This document shows, in pieces, positions 12,851-26,235 of a DNA stretch of 64,000 nucleotides. The DNA is from Gracilinanus agilis (lineage: Eukaryota), in contig NC_058132.1 in NCBI RefSeq assembly GCF_016433145.1, forward strand, positions 646,539,319 to 646,603,318. Direction: 5' to 3'. Below the pieces are notes generated by a model, which saw only the letters and a program-made list of their open reading frames with translations, did no database searches and was not told the DNA's origin. The position numbers and the translations under genes were made by a program. The stretch's first letter is position 1. Each line of letters starts with the position of its first letter.

Positions 12851-13989
12851 AAATGACAATCCTCCTGGTTCTACTCATCCCAGCTGAAATAATGTGCCCT
12901 AAATATCATAGACATGTGTCACATTGGACAGTTCCTATTTTAAGTCCTTGAAGATTATAAAATGCCCTTTATAAACTTCCATGAAGCAGCATTATCCAAA
13001 GTATTCAGATAGAATGAAGGATGGGGCCCTGGACAGGGAGTACACATTGAGCTTGATTCTGTTGTATTAGCAGTGAAAGGAGAATGATTTCTCTCCAAAG
13101 AGTAGTATATATATTTTTTTTTCTCCCTCAAATTTTGTGTCAGGTCATTAGCATCTTCTTAGTTTGGAAGATGCTCTTGTATACCAGGGAAATTGTGTGA
13201 ATGCAGGCATTCTTAGAAAAAACAAGCTACTTATTAAGTCCAGAGTTCCGTTGAATAGGACCTACTTCTAGAAAATTATTCCTCCAAGGAGGGTCCTCCA
13301 CTCTTGGCATGTTGAGAGTAGCCAGTCAGTTTTCCTACTCAACTTCTAGAAATGGAAGGAAAGGAGTTGAACTCTCTCAAAGAAGCAAGGCGAGATGTGA
13401 TTATTTTTTCTTTGAGGTCAAATATCCTCATTATAGTTTCAGAATTTTCAGTTTCAAAATGTTCGTGCTGTTCCTTTGTTTTTTAGTGAGTCATTGTATA
13501 AATTTTGTCACTAGTTCTGCTGACTTCCATCTTGCATCATTTCCTTGAAATAGCTTCATGCCTCTCATTGTCATTTATCATTTCATACAGCACGGTGAGG
13601 GTCCATCACATACACAGAGCACGAGTTGCTTAGCAGTCTCTAAAGTCACTAGGTATCAACATGGGCATCAACTGTGCTTCCAGTTCTGTGCCATCCCAAA
13701 GAGCACTGCTCTCAATATTTTGGTGGCTCCGTGTCCTTTCCTTTTGCCTTTGATTGGAGACTTCTTGAAGTGGCAGATGTTCCCTGCCCTCAGTCAAATC
13801 CTGACTATCACTTGCTTCTCTAAGTGAGGGAAATGTGTGAAAAAGCTCACCAAAGGACAGTTTGTTGGAATTCTTTACAGAAAAAAAAATGAGAGGTAGA
13901 ATCTGTTTGTTTGTATTTGTCTACAGAATGCATTGATCTTCTCTTGCAGGTAGAGCATAAGAGTAGATATTTTGGAAAAAGGGTTTTAT

Positions 13990-14170
13990 GGGATGGTTGA
14001 GAAAACTCTGGACAAGATAGAGATCAGAGGACCTGGGCTCTACTCCAGCACCACCACCTGCTTTCCCTACTTGTGACTTTGGCCTATTCACTTCTCTCTA
14101 TTGGCCATAGTTTTCTCATCTGTAAAAGAAAGGATTGAATTAGATTATCTGAAGATTCTTTGCAGTCAGT
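13990..14170 (+). mobile_element. MIR-like CORE SINE
   Basis: 'gaggacctgggctct...gtgactttgg...ttttctcatctgtaaaag'. Confidence 0.7.
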
Positions 14171-16473
14171 CCTAACAAGTTCTAATGTAGCCCAGACAAG
14201 AGAAGACTTAGAAGGAATGTGATCATTTTTGATCAAGTATTTGAAAATAAATCACAGGAAGAGGAGTTATTAGACTTCTTTTTCTTGGCCAGAGAGATGG
14301 TCTCTGAAGGCCCTTCAAATTGAGATTCTGCCATTCTGATTCTATGATTTACTCTGATTTACAATCCTGGGACTTACAAAATCAAAATACCCTTCCGTGG
14401 CTATCCTTCCCCACAATGTGTCTTTTCCTTGTATTATTGGAATGTCAGCACCTTGAGGGCAGGGACTACCTCACTTGCATAAACAAAATCCTTACACTTA
14501 ATAAAGCACCAGACCCATAATAGGTGCTGAATATTTTTGTAATTCATTTATTTATTCATTTATTCATGCTCATCCTATGACCTGGACTAGGGTGCTTTAT
14601 TCTTCTAGACCTCAGGTTTATTAATAAATGGCAAAAGGACTTCTGCTCATCTCACAGGAGAAAGCATTGGAAAAGCGAAGTTTCCTAGAGAGATGGTGGG
14701 GATCTTAAAGAGGAGCCTTCTATGTGAATCTAGATGAGGAATAGAACTGTTGACCTCCTGATCCTCTGTTAAGTCCGTACTCAAGCTGTTTGCATGTAAT
14801 TCCCTTGAATTTTACATGACCCCCTTCCCCTACGCCAGATACCAAAGCCAATTGAACTTCTGTTGAAAGACTAAAACTATTCATGCAGATGAAGATGATG
14901 ATAAAACCATGAATAGCAGTTGTAGTACAGGTAGCAGTAACTACTCTTACTACTACTACTAGTCACTAGATCTTTGATTCCATTGGTATCAAGAACTCCA
15001 AATTAAAGAATTCCCTCCACTTCTGTGGATTAGCATGTATTGAACAATTTAAGCTCTTGAGACCATAGGAAACAAGCTTGAAAAGCATTTCGAAAACTTC
15101 TGGTCAAAGCTTCACATTTTACAGATGAAGATGTGGTTGTGACGCTTCTGAGCAATCACTAAATTAGCAAGTGGCTGAGGCTGGACATGAGTTCAGGTTT
15201 TCCTGATTCCACAACTTTAGTCATGATGCTCCTCTGCCTACCTTATATTCTTGGAGTGTTTCCTGGGGCAAAGAGATGACCAAAGGCTTTCAGGAAGTCA
15301 TGTCACCAGAATGTGTCAGAGGTGGAACCTGGAGGAAAATTGTGAGAAAATTGTGGAGAGGATTAGGATAGTAAGTGGTCAATAGTGGGAATTGTGTGAA
15401 TCCCACTGACTCCTGACTCCATCTTGTGACTTGACTATGGAGCTCGTTTAATTTCCTTTCTACTCAATTATTGGCCCAGTCCAAATTCTGTCCTGTGAGA
15501 AAAAAAAATCAAGTATGGGAATTGGGAGAAAACCTTATTGCATTGTTTGAACCTAGCCCTACATGGCTGGGCAACTGGACCACCTGAACCTCCTCCTTTT
15601 TAGAGACCCCTAACTAAGCATCTAGATGAGGCTGACCAACAACACAGTCAGATCCAAAGATCTGGCTGTGAGGAGTTTTCTCGAGATTGTGTATCTTAAA
15701 CAATCCATATGTCTTATCTGCAAACATAAATAAAACTTATCTGAAAACAATCAATCGTCCTTGTCCTGTTATTTTGATTATTTGCAGACACTTGAGGAGG
15801 AGTGGGACACTTCCTTTTCTGAATTCAGGGAATTGTACCTGAAAATCTCTCTCCAAACTTGGGAAGAACTTACTCTTTCATCGAATTACAAATCTGATTG
15901 CCTAGTATTGTACTGCCTTATTTGATTGATTCATTTTTACTGTATAATAGTCTATCTCTCCCTATATTCAAAGTTCAGCCCTAAACTGAGGAAGGAGAAT
16001 GGTCCCGGTTTATTAAGCAATAGGCATGCCCTGCTCAATAAATTGATATTCTCGGAAGATCACAATTTGTTTCCTTAGTCTTTCCATCTTTTCCTCATTA
16101 CAGAACTTGAACCCAAGCATCCTTGACTCCTACCAATGCCACAGCACACTCCTTTAATCAAGTGATATTTTCATCACTCCACAAGTAATCTTTTCTCTGA
16201 ACCATTCCTACTGACTTCTGGAGATGATTGATGATCAATGAAATGTCTACCAGCTCTTTGAATATGTGACTTCAAATTCATTTCCTAAAGAAAGTCTAGC
16301 CAGATTGGGCCACTTTTCCACCATGCATTCCTCCTTCTGTGGCTTCATGACACTCATCTTTTGTGTTCTGATCTGCACTTTTGATGTTTGGATTGTCAAT
16401 GCCTTCTTAGATTTGTTTGGGAGCTCTCCAGAGGTGGAATGCATTTTTTAATACATTGGTTCCATCTCTCCAG

Positions 16474-16492
16474 TTGCCAGCAGAGGGTGGCA
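16474..16492 (+). promoter_or_regulatory. CTCF-like motif
   Basis: TTGCCAGCAGAGGGTGGCA. The core CCAGCAGAGGGTGG has 1 mismatch to CCASYAGRKGGCRS. Motif only, no binding data. Confidence 0.4.
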
Positions 16493-18530
16493 GTTAAGGC
16501 CAATACTCTATCCACTGTTTAAGATATCATTCAATGAGTATTTATTGAGGAACCCCAAGGCACAAGGAAAAATCTCCACACACTTTTGTTTTCATGTCAC
16601 ATTTAACCAAAGCCTATATGGCATAAGTAAAAGAATCTTATATATGGGACCATGAATCAATAAATATTTAAGCATTTTTTCTTTTTTATTTTCAAAGAGC
16701 TCTCTAATTGTGATTTTTTGTTTTTTAATAATTAAGATATCTTATTTTCCCAATGACACGTAATAACAAATATCTACAAAAGTTTTCCAAACTTAAATGA
16801 TTCAATTTGTCTCTTTCCTTCCCTTCCCTCCCCTGTCCCAGAGCTGGCAAGCAATTTGATTTGAGTTCTCTATGTAAAACATGAAAAATATATTTCCATA
16901 TTTTGTCATTTTTGTAAGAGAATAATCATATATAACCAAAACCCCAAAACAAAACCCAAATAAGCTAAAATGAACAATCACATGCTTTGATCTGCATTCC
17001 CATTCCAGTACTTCTTTCTCTGGATGTTAATAATATTCTTTGTTATAAGTTCTTCAGAATTGTTCTGGATTATTTTATTGCTGATAATAGTTAAGTCTAT
17101 CACAATTAATCATTCCATAATATTGCTGTTACTGTGTACAAGGTTCTCCTGGTACTGCTTATTTCACGCTGTATCATTTCATATAGGTCTTTCCAGTTCT
17201 TTCTGAAATCATCCTGTTCATTTCTTACAGCACAAAAGTATTCCATCACCATCATATACCACAATTTATTCAGCCATTCCCCAATTGATAGACATCCTTT
17301 CAATTTCCAATTCTTTGCCACCAAATAACAGACCAAGCTATGTATATTGTTGTACAAGTATGTCCTCTCCCCACCCTTTTTTTATTCCTTTGGGATATAG
17401 AACTAGTAGTGATATTAGTGAATCAAAGGGTGTGTGCAGTGTGTTATAGCTCTTTGGGCAGAGTTCTAAGTTGCTCTCTAGAATGATCAAACAAGTTCAC
17501 AACTCCATCAATGCAGTAGAGTTCCAATTTTGCCACATCCCCTCCAACATTTATCACTTTCCTTTGCTGTTATTATATTGGCTAATCTTACAGGTATGAG
17601 ATGGTACCTAAAGATAGTTTTAATTTGAATTTCTACAATCAAGAGTGATTTAGAACATTTTTATATGATTATTGACAACTTTGATTTCTTCATCTGAAAA
17701 CTATTTATCACATCCTTTGGCCATTTGTCAATTAGGGAATGATTTGTAGAAAAATTTCCCAGTGTATTGTTTCCCTTCTACACATGGTTACATTGACTTT
17801 GTTTGTATAATTTTTTTTAACTTAATAGAGTCAAATTAGTTATTTTATATCTTGTTCTGTTCTCAAGCCATTGTTTGGTCATAAATTCTTCCCTTCTCCA
17901 AGATCTAACAAATAAACTATTCTATGTTCCTCTAATTTACTTAAAGTATTACCCTTTATGTCTAAATTAGATACCCATTTTGTTCTTATCTTGGTAGAGG
18001 GTGGGAGACATTAGTCTATACTTAATTTTTGCCATACAGTTTTCCAGTTTTCCCAGCAGTTTTTTGTCAAAAAATGCATTCTTATCCCCAAAGCTGGATT
18101 GTTAAAGTCATTTATCCCTCTCTTCCATTAATCCACTATTCTATTTCTTAGCCAGCACCAGACTATTTTAAAGATTATTGATTTACAGTATAGTTTAAGA
18201 TTTGGTACTGCTAGGCTACCATCCTTCATGGTTTTTTCATTAATTGCCTTGATATTATTGATCTTTTTTGAAAGTGAATTTTGTTATTATTTTTCTAGTT
18301 GTATAAAATAGTTTTTGGTAGATTAATTTGCATGGCACTGAATAAGTAAATTAATTTAGTTAGAATTGTCATTTTTATTATATGAGTTTGACCTACCCAT
18401 GAGCAATTAATGTTTTTCCAATTGTTTAGACCTGTCTTTATTTGTGTGAAAAGTGTTTTGTAACTGTGATCATATAATTCCTGTGTTTGGTTTGGCAAAT
18501 AAATTCCCAAGTATTTTATATTGTCTAGAG

Positions 18531-19316
18531 CAGTGATAGGCAAACTATGGCCCATGGGCCAGATGTGGGAGGGGGGCCTCCTGAAATGTTCTATCAGGTC
18601 ATGTGACATTATTCCTAATCTGACGAATACAATGAGTAGGATACCATACAATGAAACTTTAAAAGAGTTGCCTTAGAAACAGACTGACAGAGAAGCATTT
18701 CCTTTCCTTTGGCCCCCTCTTTAAAAAGTTTGCCCATCACAAATTGGAAAAGGAGGGGATGTCCTTCAATTGGGGAATGGCTGAACAAACTGTGGTATAT
18801 GCGGGTGATGGAATACTATTGTGCTAAAAGGAATAATAAACTGGAGGAATTCCATGTGAACTGGAAAGACCTCCAGGAACTGATGCAGAGCGAAAGGAGC
18901 AGAGCCAGAAGAACTCTATACACAGAGACTGACATTCTGTGGTAAAATCGAATGTAATGGACCTCTGAACCAGCAGCAATGCAATGACCCAGGACAATTC
19001 TGAGGGATTTATGGTAAAGATGCTACCCACATTCAGAGGAGGGACTGCAGGAGAGGAAACATATAGGAAAAACAACTGCATGAACGCATGGGTCGGGGTG
19101 GACATGATTGAGGGTGTAGACTCGAAACTACCACACCAATGCAACTACCAACAATTTGGAAATTGGTTTTGTTCAAGGACACATGACAAAACTAGTGGAA
19201 ATGCACATGGGTGGGGGGAGTGCGGGGGGTGAAGGGGAAAGGTGGAGCATGAATCATGTAACCATGTTAAAAATAAATATTAATAAATGTTAAAAAAAAA
19301 AGTTTGCCCATCACTG
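18531..19316 (+). mobile_element. Non-autonomous hAT (Charlie-group) MITE, split by an L1 insertion
   Basis: TIRs CAGTGATAGGCAAACT ... AGTTTGCCCATCACTG. Perfect 8-bp TSD gtctagag (18523-18530 / 19317-19324). Confidence 0.93.
18741..19296 (+). mobile_element. Young 5'-truncated L1 3' end inserted in the right TIR of the MITE
   Basis: ORF2 C-terminus (ORF 18709-18945) plus a 3'UTR that retains CpGs. 18-bp TSD aaaaagtttgcccatcac (18723-18740 / 19297-19314). Confidence 0.93.
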
Positions 19317-19379
19317 GTCTAGAGTAATTCTAAATGAAATTTATCTCTCTAACTCTTGCTGCTGGACTTTGTTGGAAAT

Positions 19380-19433
19380 ATATATATGTAGATATACATA
19401 TATATATATATATAATATATATATATATATATA
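19380..19433. repeat. (TA)n microsatellite
   Basis: Directly visible. Confidence 0.9.
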
Positions 19434-20862
19434 AATGCTGGTGATTTATGGAGATTTGTTTTGTATACTACAACTTTGCTAAAGCTATTATTTCAACTAG
19501 ATTTTTAGTTGATTTTCTAGGATTCTCTAAGTATACCATCATATCATCCTCAAAGAGTAAAAGTACAAGTTCCTCTTTGCCTACTGTAACTTTTTCTTCT
19601 CTCATTGCTATAACTCACATTTCTAGTATAATATTAAAGAATAATAGTGATAATAGACACCCTTACATCACCCCTGATCTTACTGAAAAGGCTTCTAACT
19701 TATCCCCATTGAAGATGATACTTGCTGATGGTTTTAGTAAAACTACTTATTAGTTTAAAGAAACACCCATCTATTCCTATGATTTCTGGTGTTTTTAATA
19801 GGAATGGTTTTGAAATATTTTGAAGGTTTTTTTTTTCTGTATCTATTGAGATAATCATGTGATTTCTTTTAGTTTGGTTATTGATGTGGCCAAATTTGCT
19901 GGTAGTTTTCCTAATATTAAACCGGGTTTGCATTCCTAGCATAAATCCCACCTGATTATAGTAAATAATCCTTGTGAAATATTGCTATAGTCTCTTTGCT
20001 AGCATTTTATTTAAGATTTCTCTATCAATATTCATTAAGGAAATCGATCTCTAATTTTATCTCTGTTTTTGGTCTTCCACGCTTAGGTATCAGCACCATA
20101 TTTGTGTCAGAAAAAGAATTAGTTAGGAATCCTTCTTTGCTTATTTTGCCAAATAGTTTGTATAGTATTGGGATTAACTGCTCTTTAAAAGTTTGATAGA
20201 ATTCACTTGTGAACTCACCTGGCCATGGGGCTTTTTTTTAAGGGAATTCATTGATGGTTTGTTCAATTTCTTTTTCTGAGATGGGATTATTTAAGTATTG
20301 TATTCCCTCTTTTGTTAACCTGGGTAATTTATATTTTTATAAATATTTATCCTTTTCATCTAGATTATTAGATTTATTGTCATATAATTGGGGAAAAGAA
20401 CTCCTAATTATTGCTTTATATGTAAGCATTTATTAAGCGCCTACTATGTGCCAGGAAATTGTGCTTGGGAAACAAATAAACCAACAGACAACAAATAATT
20501 CAGGCAGGAAGGCTTCCGTCTAGTTTCAGATACCCTGGGTCTGAGGCAATGACTCAGTTGTAATCTCTCTCAATCCCAGTTTGCCTGTGTTTAAAGGGCA
20601 TAGAAGATGGAGGGGGCAGATAACTTGCACTCAAACTCTGACTTACTGGCCGTTGTGTTTTGTAAATCTACAAGCAAAATGACCACGAGAATCATCATTA
20701 CCATCACTTATTTTTGTTCAGGGTAAGTCTCTTCTTCCTTTTCAGGGAAGTGCAGTCCTCCAAAAAAGACCCAAGAACCAGCTAAGGAGGTACAGCTTCT
20801 CTCCTATTGCCTCAGCAGACTCTCTAAGGCAATGAGACACCCCTGAAGCTTTTTTCAAAACC

Positions 20863-21030
20863 NNNNNNNNNNNNNNNNNNNNNNNNNNNNNNNNNNNNNN
20901 NNNNNNNNNNNNNNNNNNNNNNNNNNNNNNNNNNNNNNNNNNNNNNNNNNNNNNNNNNNNNNNNNNNNNNNNNNNNNNNNNNNNNNNNNNNNNNNNNNNN
21001 NNNNNNNNNNNNNNNNNNNNNNNNNNNNNN
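20863..21030. other. Assembly gap (168 N)
   Basis: Run of N. Confidence 1.
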
Positions 21031-21123
21031 TCAGGAAAACAGGACATTTCCTCAACTTGACAATTAAATCATCACCTTTTCTGCATTTATTAAATGTCTA
21101 ATGTGTGGAAGCCCTGCCAGTCA

Positions 21124-21124
<1 letters not shown>

Positions 21125-21155
<31 letters not shown>
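21125..21155. repeat. (CA)n microsatellite
   Basis: Directly visible. Confidence 0.95.
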
Positions 21156-21157
<2 letters not shown>

Positions 21158-22305
21158 AATGCACATGTGCAGACACAAACACATATACAGAGTTTGACAA
21201 TGGGACTGAGGCAGGCTCCAGACAGATGGGTTCCCCAACTGGCCTCCTACAATCACTTGCCTTGGTTGGCTCTAGTATGCTGCTGAGGCAGAGCAAAGGG
21301 AACGAGGAAGGTTTTCTTTCATTCTACACACACAAATACACACATACACAGTCAAATTTTAAGCTTCCACAGAAGCAACTTTTCCTCCACTGTCAGTCGA
21401 GGCCAACTAACACAAGTTTGGGGATTCGGAGCCACAGATGCCAGCCTGATGAAGACAGGTTCAAAGTCCCTAGCAGCCTCTTGGTCTCTTTTGTGGCTCT
21501 GCCTCTTGGCTTTGACCCATATATATGTTACCTTTGGAAATCCCAATATGAAACCAGATATTCCAATTAAGACAAGAAATACAAAACTTGTTAAACACAT
21601 ACGGCTTCATTCCACCCCCTCCAAAGTGACCCTTCAGGGCACTATTACTTGCTGTGGACATAGATTGGTTGGTTGGTTGGTTTTTTCCCTTCTCTGCATC
21701 ATCTAAGTCCTCAGGAATGCCAAACTATTCTCCTGATGAGCAGCTTCAAAACAGATGCAGAGAAAGGAGAACATCATGTTTCCTCCTCGAGTCCAGGAGA
21801 ATGATTGAGTAACACGTGTGTCTCATGTCACACGTGAATAGTACAATGGATCCATGAGCTAAGTGGCACAGGTGCCCCCTCCATTGGCAGAGCACAAGCT
21901 CTATTTTCTGTTGTCTGCTTCCTCTTTCAGCTGTATCACATCTTTCCAGAAACTCTCCAGGGAGAATCTGCCTAATGGAGAAGACTAGATTAAGAGATGG
22001 AAAGGACATTAGGAGTTAATTGCTCCAAGCCCCTCATCATACAAATAAAGAAACTGAGGCCCAGATGAGTTAAGTGACTTACCCAAAGTCAGACAGAAAA
22101 TGTCTTAGGAAGTATTAATTTACAGATTCTTTATCTCCAAATATATTGACCTTTTGCATTGAAGACTTCAGCCTCTGCATTCTAATATTTTACTGCTTTC
22201 ATTATGGGACCAACCCATCTTCTTTTCTAATTTACCATGTTCCATCTGCTACTTCTCATAGGCAAGTCAGTCAGTCATTAAACATTTTTAAAACATATGT
22301 TGGGA

Positions 22306-22459
22306 GTCAGGCCTAGAGACAGGAGGTCCTAGGTTCAAACCCGGTCTCAGCCACTTCCCGGCTGTGTGATCCTGGGCAAGTCACTTGACCCCCATTGCCC
22401 ACCCTTACCAATCTTCCACCTATGAGACAATACACCAAAGCACAAGGGTTTAAAAAAAT
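22306..22459 (+). mobile_element. 5'-truncated SINE1_Mdo-like SINE within an L2 fragment
   Basis: Starts at 'gtcaggcctagagacagg'. TSD acatatgttggga (22293-22305 / 22460-22472). Confidence 0.92.
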
Positions 22460-22619
22460 ACATATGTTGGGAAGCACTGTATTAAGCCCTGAAAGTATAA
22501 AACAAGGGAAACCCCAGTCTTTGCCCACAAAGAGCTCTCAATCTAATAGTTGTGGTATTGTAGGTAGTATTCTGTAGTTTCTTTAAAACAAACAGAACCT
22601 TTCTGTGGCTCTTAGGACC

Positions 22620-24790
22620 TGGCATCTTTTTTTTTTATTCTGTCCTTCTCTATTCCATTTTGTTTTATATTTACAGTTCCAAATGTTTAACCCTCTTTCC
22701 ATGCCTTCCCAAACTAATTAAGAAATACAATATTCATTAAATACAAACAGCTTCATTATACATAGAAAGTCATGGAAAACATTTCTGCATTGACCATGTT
22801 CTGTAAAGAAAGAGAAAAATACTTTATTTGTTACTTAGAGTTCTTAAGTTCTCTAAATGGAGGAGGATAGAGTTTTTTATCTTGAGGTTTTGGAAATTGT
22901 GGTAGATCACTGTATTCATCAGAGTTCTTGGGTATTTCATAGTTATCTTTACAATATTAATGTTACCATGTGCAATGTTATCTTAGTTCTGTTTACTTCA
23001 TTCTGGAACAATTCGTATACATCCTTCCAAACTTTTCAGAAACCATCTCCTTCATTATTTCTTACATATACCATAACTAGTTTACTCAATTAATAGGCAT
23101 CCTCTTAATTTCCAAATCTTGCCACCACAAAAAATAATTACTATAAATATTTTTTGTACACATAGGTCCCTTTTATTCTTTTTCCTTGACCTCTGATTGG
23201 TATTGATATTGCTGGGTCAAAGGTTATGCACAGTTTTATAAACCTTTGGTCAGAATTCCAAATTTTTCTTTAGAATGGTAAGATGAGTTCACAGCTCCAC
23301 TGACAGTCCATTACTGTATTTATTTTCCCATATGACTTTGAACATTTATCATTTACATTCCTTTCATCTTAGTCCATCTAATGGGTGTTAGTTAAGTGAT
23401 GTTTAGATGTGTATTTTTCTAGTTACTTGTGATTTGGAGAATTTTTTCATTTGACTATTGATACTCTCTATTTTTCCCTTGGAAAACTGCTTCTTCTTTT
23501 CTTTCAACCATTTATCAATTGGTTCTTATTCTTATAAACTAGGTTTGATTGCCTATATTTCTTCTTTCTTTTTTTAATTAATTAAGAAAAATTTTACATG
23601 GTAACATGGTTCATGTTTTTCCCTCCCCTCCTTTCAGCTCCCTCCCATAGCCAACATGCAATTCCTTTGGGTTTTACATGTGTCATCAATTGAGACCTAT
23701 TTCCACATTATTGATATTTTCACTAGGATGATCGCTTAGAGCAGGGGTCGGCAACGTATGGCTCTCGAGCCATATCTGGCTGTACCTCCCGACCGGTCAG
23801 TCTGAGTTATTAATTTATTATCAAGTAAAACATAATCCCCATATTGGTCATTGTTGTAAGAGAATACTCATATAAAACCAAAATTCAAAATGAAAACACA
23901 AATAAACTAATGTGAAAAAACAGTATGCTTTTATCTGCATTCCTACTCCAACAAGTTCTTTTTATGGAGGTAGATAGTATTCTTTGTCATAATTCCTTTA
24001 GAATTGTCCTGGATAGCTGTGAGCAGCTAAGTTTCTGACAGTTGATCAGTCCACAATATTGCTGTTACTGTGTATGATGTTCTGTCTCTGCTTATTTCAC
24101 TCTGCATCAGTTCATATAGATCTTTCCAGTTTTTTTTGAATTCATACTGTTCATCATTTCTTGTAACACAATAGTATTTCATCACCATCATATACCATAA
24201 TTTTTTCAGTCATTCCCCAATTGATGAACATCCCTTCAATTTCCAATTCTTTGTTGCCACAAAAATAATTGCTATTAATATATTTGCACTAGTACTTTGA
24301 GATTTGGCACTTCTATGTCCCCTTCTTTCCTTTTCCCCATTGATTCCCTTGATAGCCTTGAACTTTTGTTCCTCCTGTTGCATTTAATTTTTTATTATTC
24401 TAGTTCTATTATTAGCATTATTATTTCCTACTACTTGGCATTTTGATTAATATGACATTCTATAAGTAAATTAAATGAGGGAGAAGAGACATTTTTTATT
24501 ATATTGCTTCAGATGACCCATGATAATTGTTGTTTCTCCAATTATTTAAATGTCTTTATTTATGTAGAGATTCTTATAATTGTGTTCATATAGTTCCTGG
24601 GTTTGTCTTGGCAGGTAGACTCCCAGGTACTTTATATTGTCTAAAGTTATTTTAAATTGAATTTCCCTTTCTATTTCTTACTGCTGAAAATTGCTGGTAA
24701 CATATAGTAATGCTGATAATTTATGTAGGTTTATTCTACATCCTGCAATTTTGCTAAAGTTGCTAATTATTTCAACTAGATTTTAGTTGG
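22620..24790 (-). mobile_element. Composite of several L1 3' fragments of different ages
   Basis: At least three 3'UTR/ORF2 C-terminal pieces (about 22620-23560, 23565-23741, 23830-24290) and an RT piece (about 24560-24790). Confidence 0.8.
23742..23781 (+). mobile_element. Left end only of a hAT-Charlie element
   Basis: CAGGGGTCGGCAACGTATGGCTCTCGAGCCATATCTGGCT after gcttagag. No right TIR or second TSD found. Confidence 0.7.
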
Positions 24791-25052
24791 TTTTTCTATT
24801 ATACTTCAAGTATATTATAGATTAAATTTTTAAATTTTAAATGTTAGATTTCATAGGAACAAAAACATATTCAAATGAAATTTTAAGTCATATTTCATTG
24901 CCTTGGTTAAACAGAAATAAAACATTTATGAATCCTATCTTGTTCACATTAATAAATGAAAATATCAAACTCTTATGTACATCCTCTTTATTTTGACACA
25001 TTCCAGATAACCATGATAAACCATCGAACAGTCTTTAAAAAATAAATTCCAT

Positions 25053-25238
25053 GGGGGCAGCTGGGTAGCTCAGTGGAGTGAGAGTCAGGCCTAGAGACAG
25101 GAGGTCCTAGGTTCAAACCCGGCCTCAGCCACTTCCCAGCTGTGTGACCCTGGGCAAGTCACTTGACCCCCATTGCCCACCCTTACCACTCTTCCACCTA
25201 TGAGACAATACACCGAAGTACAAGGGTTTAAAAAAAAT
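25053..25238 (+). mobile_element. SINE1_Mdo-like SINE, full length, young
   Basis: Intact head and B-box. TSD aataaattcc on both sides. Confidence 0.93.
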
Positions 25239-25852
25239 AAATAAATTCCTTTGCCTAATATTACAAAATTAACATTAGTATCTAGGTAGTAAAAGAAATA
25301 AAAGGCCTCCAGCATTTTAGGGTTCCTAGTATATTTATGAGAAAATATGACTAAGCATTGTACAAATTGTAAAAAATGGGAAGAAATGTAAGGTTTGCAG
25401 TCTGATCTGATGGAAAAAAATACTGATGAGACCATGAGTTTGTTGAGAGTTAACTGACAAGCTTCAAACAAGTTTTAAATCCTCTTCACTAATAACTGTA
25501 TACCCTTGGAAAAATTATTTGGTCTCTCTAGACCTCAGTTACTTCATTTGTAAAATATGGGGGAAAGGGTGGAGCTAATGTGACAAAACAATTTCTCTTC
25601 TTGTTTTCAAGATGTAGACCAGAGAAGGAGAAATGAGTTCCTAATTAAGACATGTGTCTTTCATGGTGATGAAGCAGGGCTCTAAGGTGCCCGAAATCTA
25701 AATGTGTGAATAACTATTAAAAAGAAAGAAAAGTAGGGGTTCAAAATGAAATCATCATGGGGAAGATGGAGATTTTAAAAATGGAATCCTATTTTCCTCT
25801 TTGGAATCCCTGAATATGAGAGTCAAAAAGGGACCTTAAAAGAGATGACCTA

Positions 25853-26006
25853 ATCTTGATCAATGACACGTGTTAAAAGCAGTGGAAATGCACATGGCCA
25901 TGGGTGGGGGGGGGGAGGTCAGGGGTAAGGGGAAAGTAAGAGCATGAATTATGTAAGCATGTTAACTTTTCTAAAAAATAAATATTTTTAGAATTTAATA
26001 ATAAAA
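25853..26006 (+). mobile_element. Very short L1 3'-terminal insertion
   Basis: G-rich 3'UTR end plus A-tail. 15-bp TSD aaaagagatgaccta (25838-25852 / 26007-26021). Confidence 0.88.
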
Positions 26007-26024
26007 AAAAGAGATGACCTAGAC

Positions 26025-26235
26025 CCATGATGGCAAACCTATGGCACATGTGCCAGAAGGGACACTCAGAACTCTCTCTGTGGGTACACATGCTATTGCC
26101 CCAAACAAATTTTGCCAGAGATAGTTACTAGAAAATAAGAGAGATACAGGGCCCATCTGTTCCCTTCTCCCTCTCCATGCCTGCCTGAGGATATTTCTCA
26201 CATTACCTGCCCCTCTAGAAAGTTCAACCTCGCAG
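26025..26235 (+). mobile_element. OposCharlie (OC1)-like non-autonomous hAT, internally deleted
   Basis: 'tgatggcaaacctatggcacatgtgccagaagggacactcagaactctctctgtggg' resembles the OC1-type MITE 5' end (from recall). TSD acctagac / acctaaac (26017-26024 / 26236-26243). Confidence 0.7.

Larger units (their letters stand above)
16678..20422 (-). mobile_element. 5'-truncated older L1 (3'UTR, ORF2 C-terminus, RT) inserted into an L2 fragment; itself interrupted
   Basis: Minus-strand ORF2 remnants (ORFs 17106-17357, 18295-18651, 19700-19951). TSD taagcattt (16669-16677 / 20423-20431) within an L2 'aatcaata..taagcatttattaagcgcctactatgtgccagg' tract. Confidence 0.88.
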
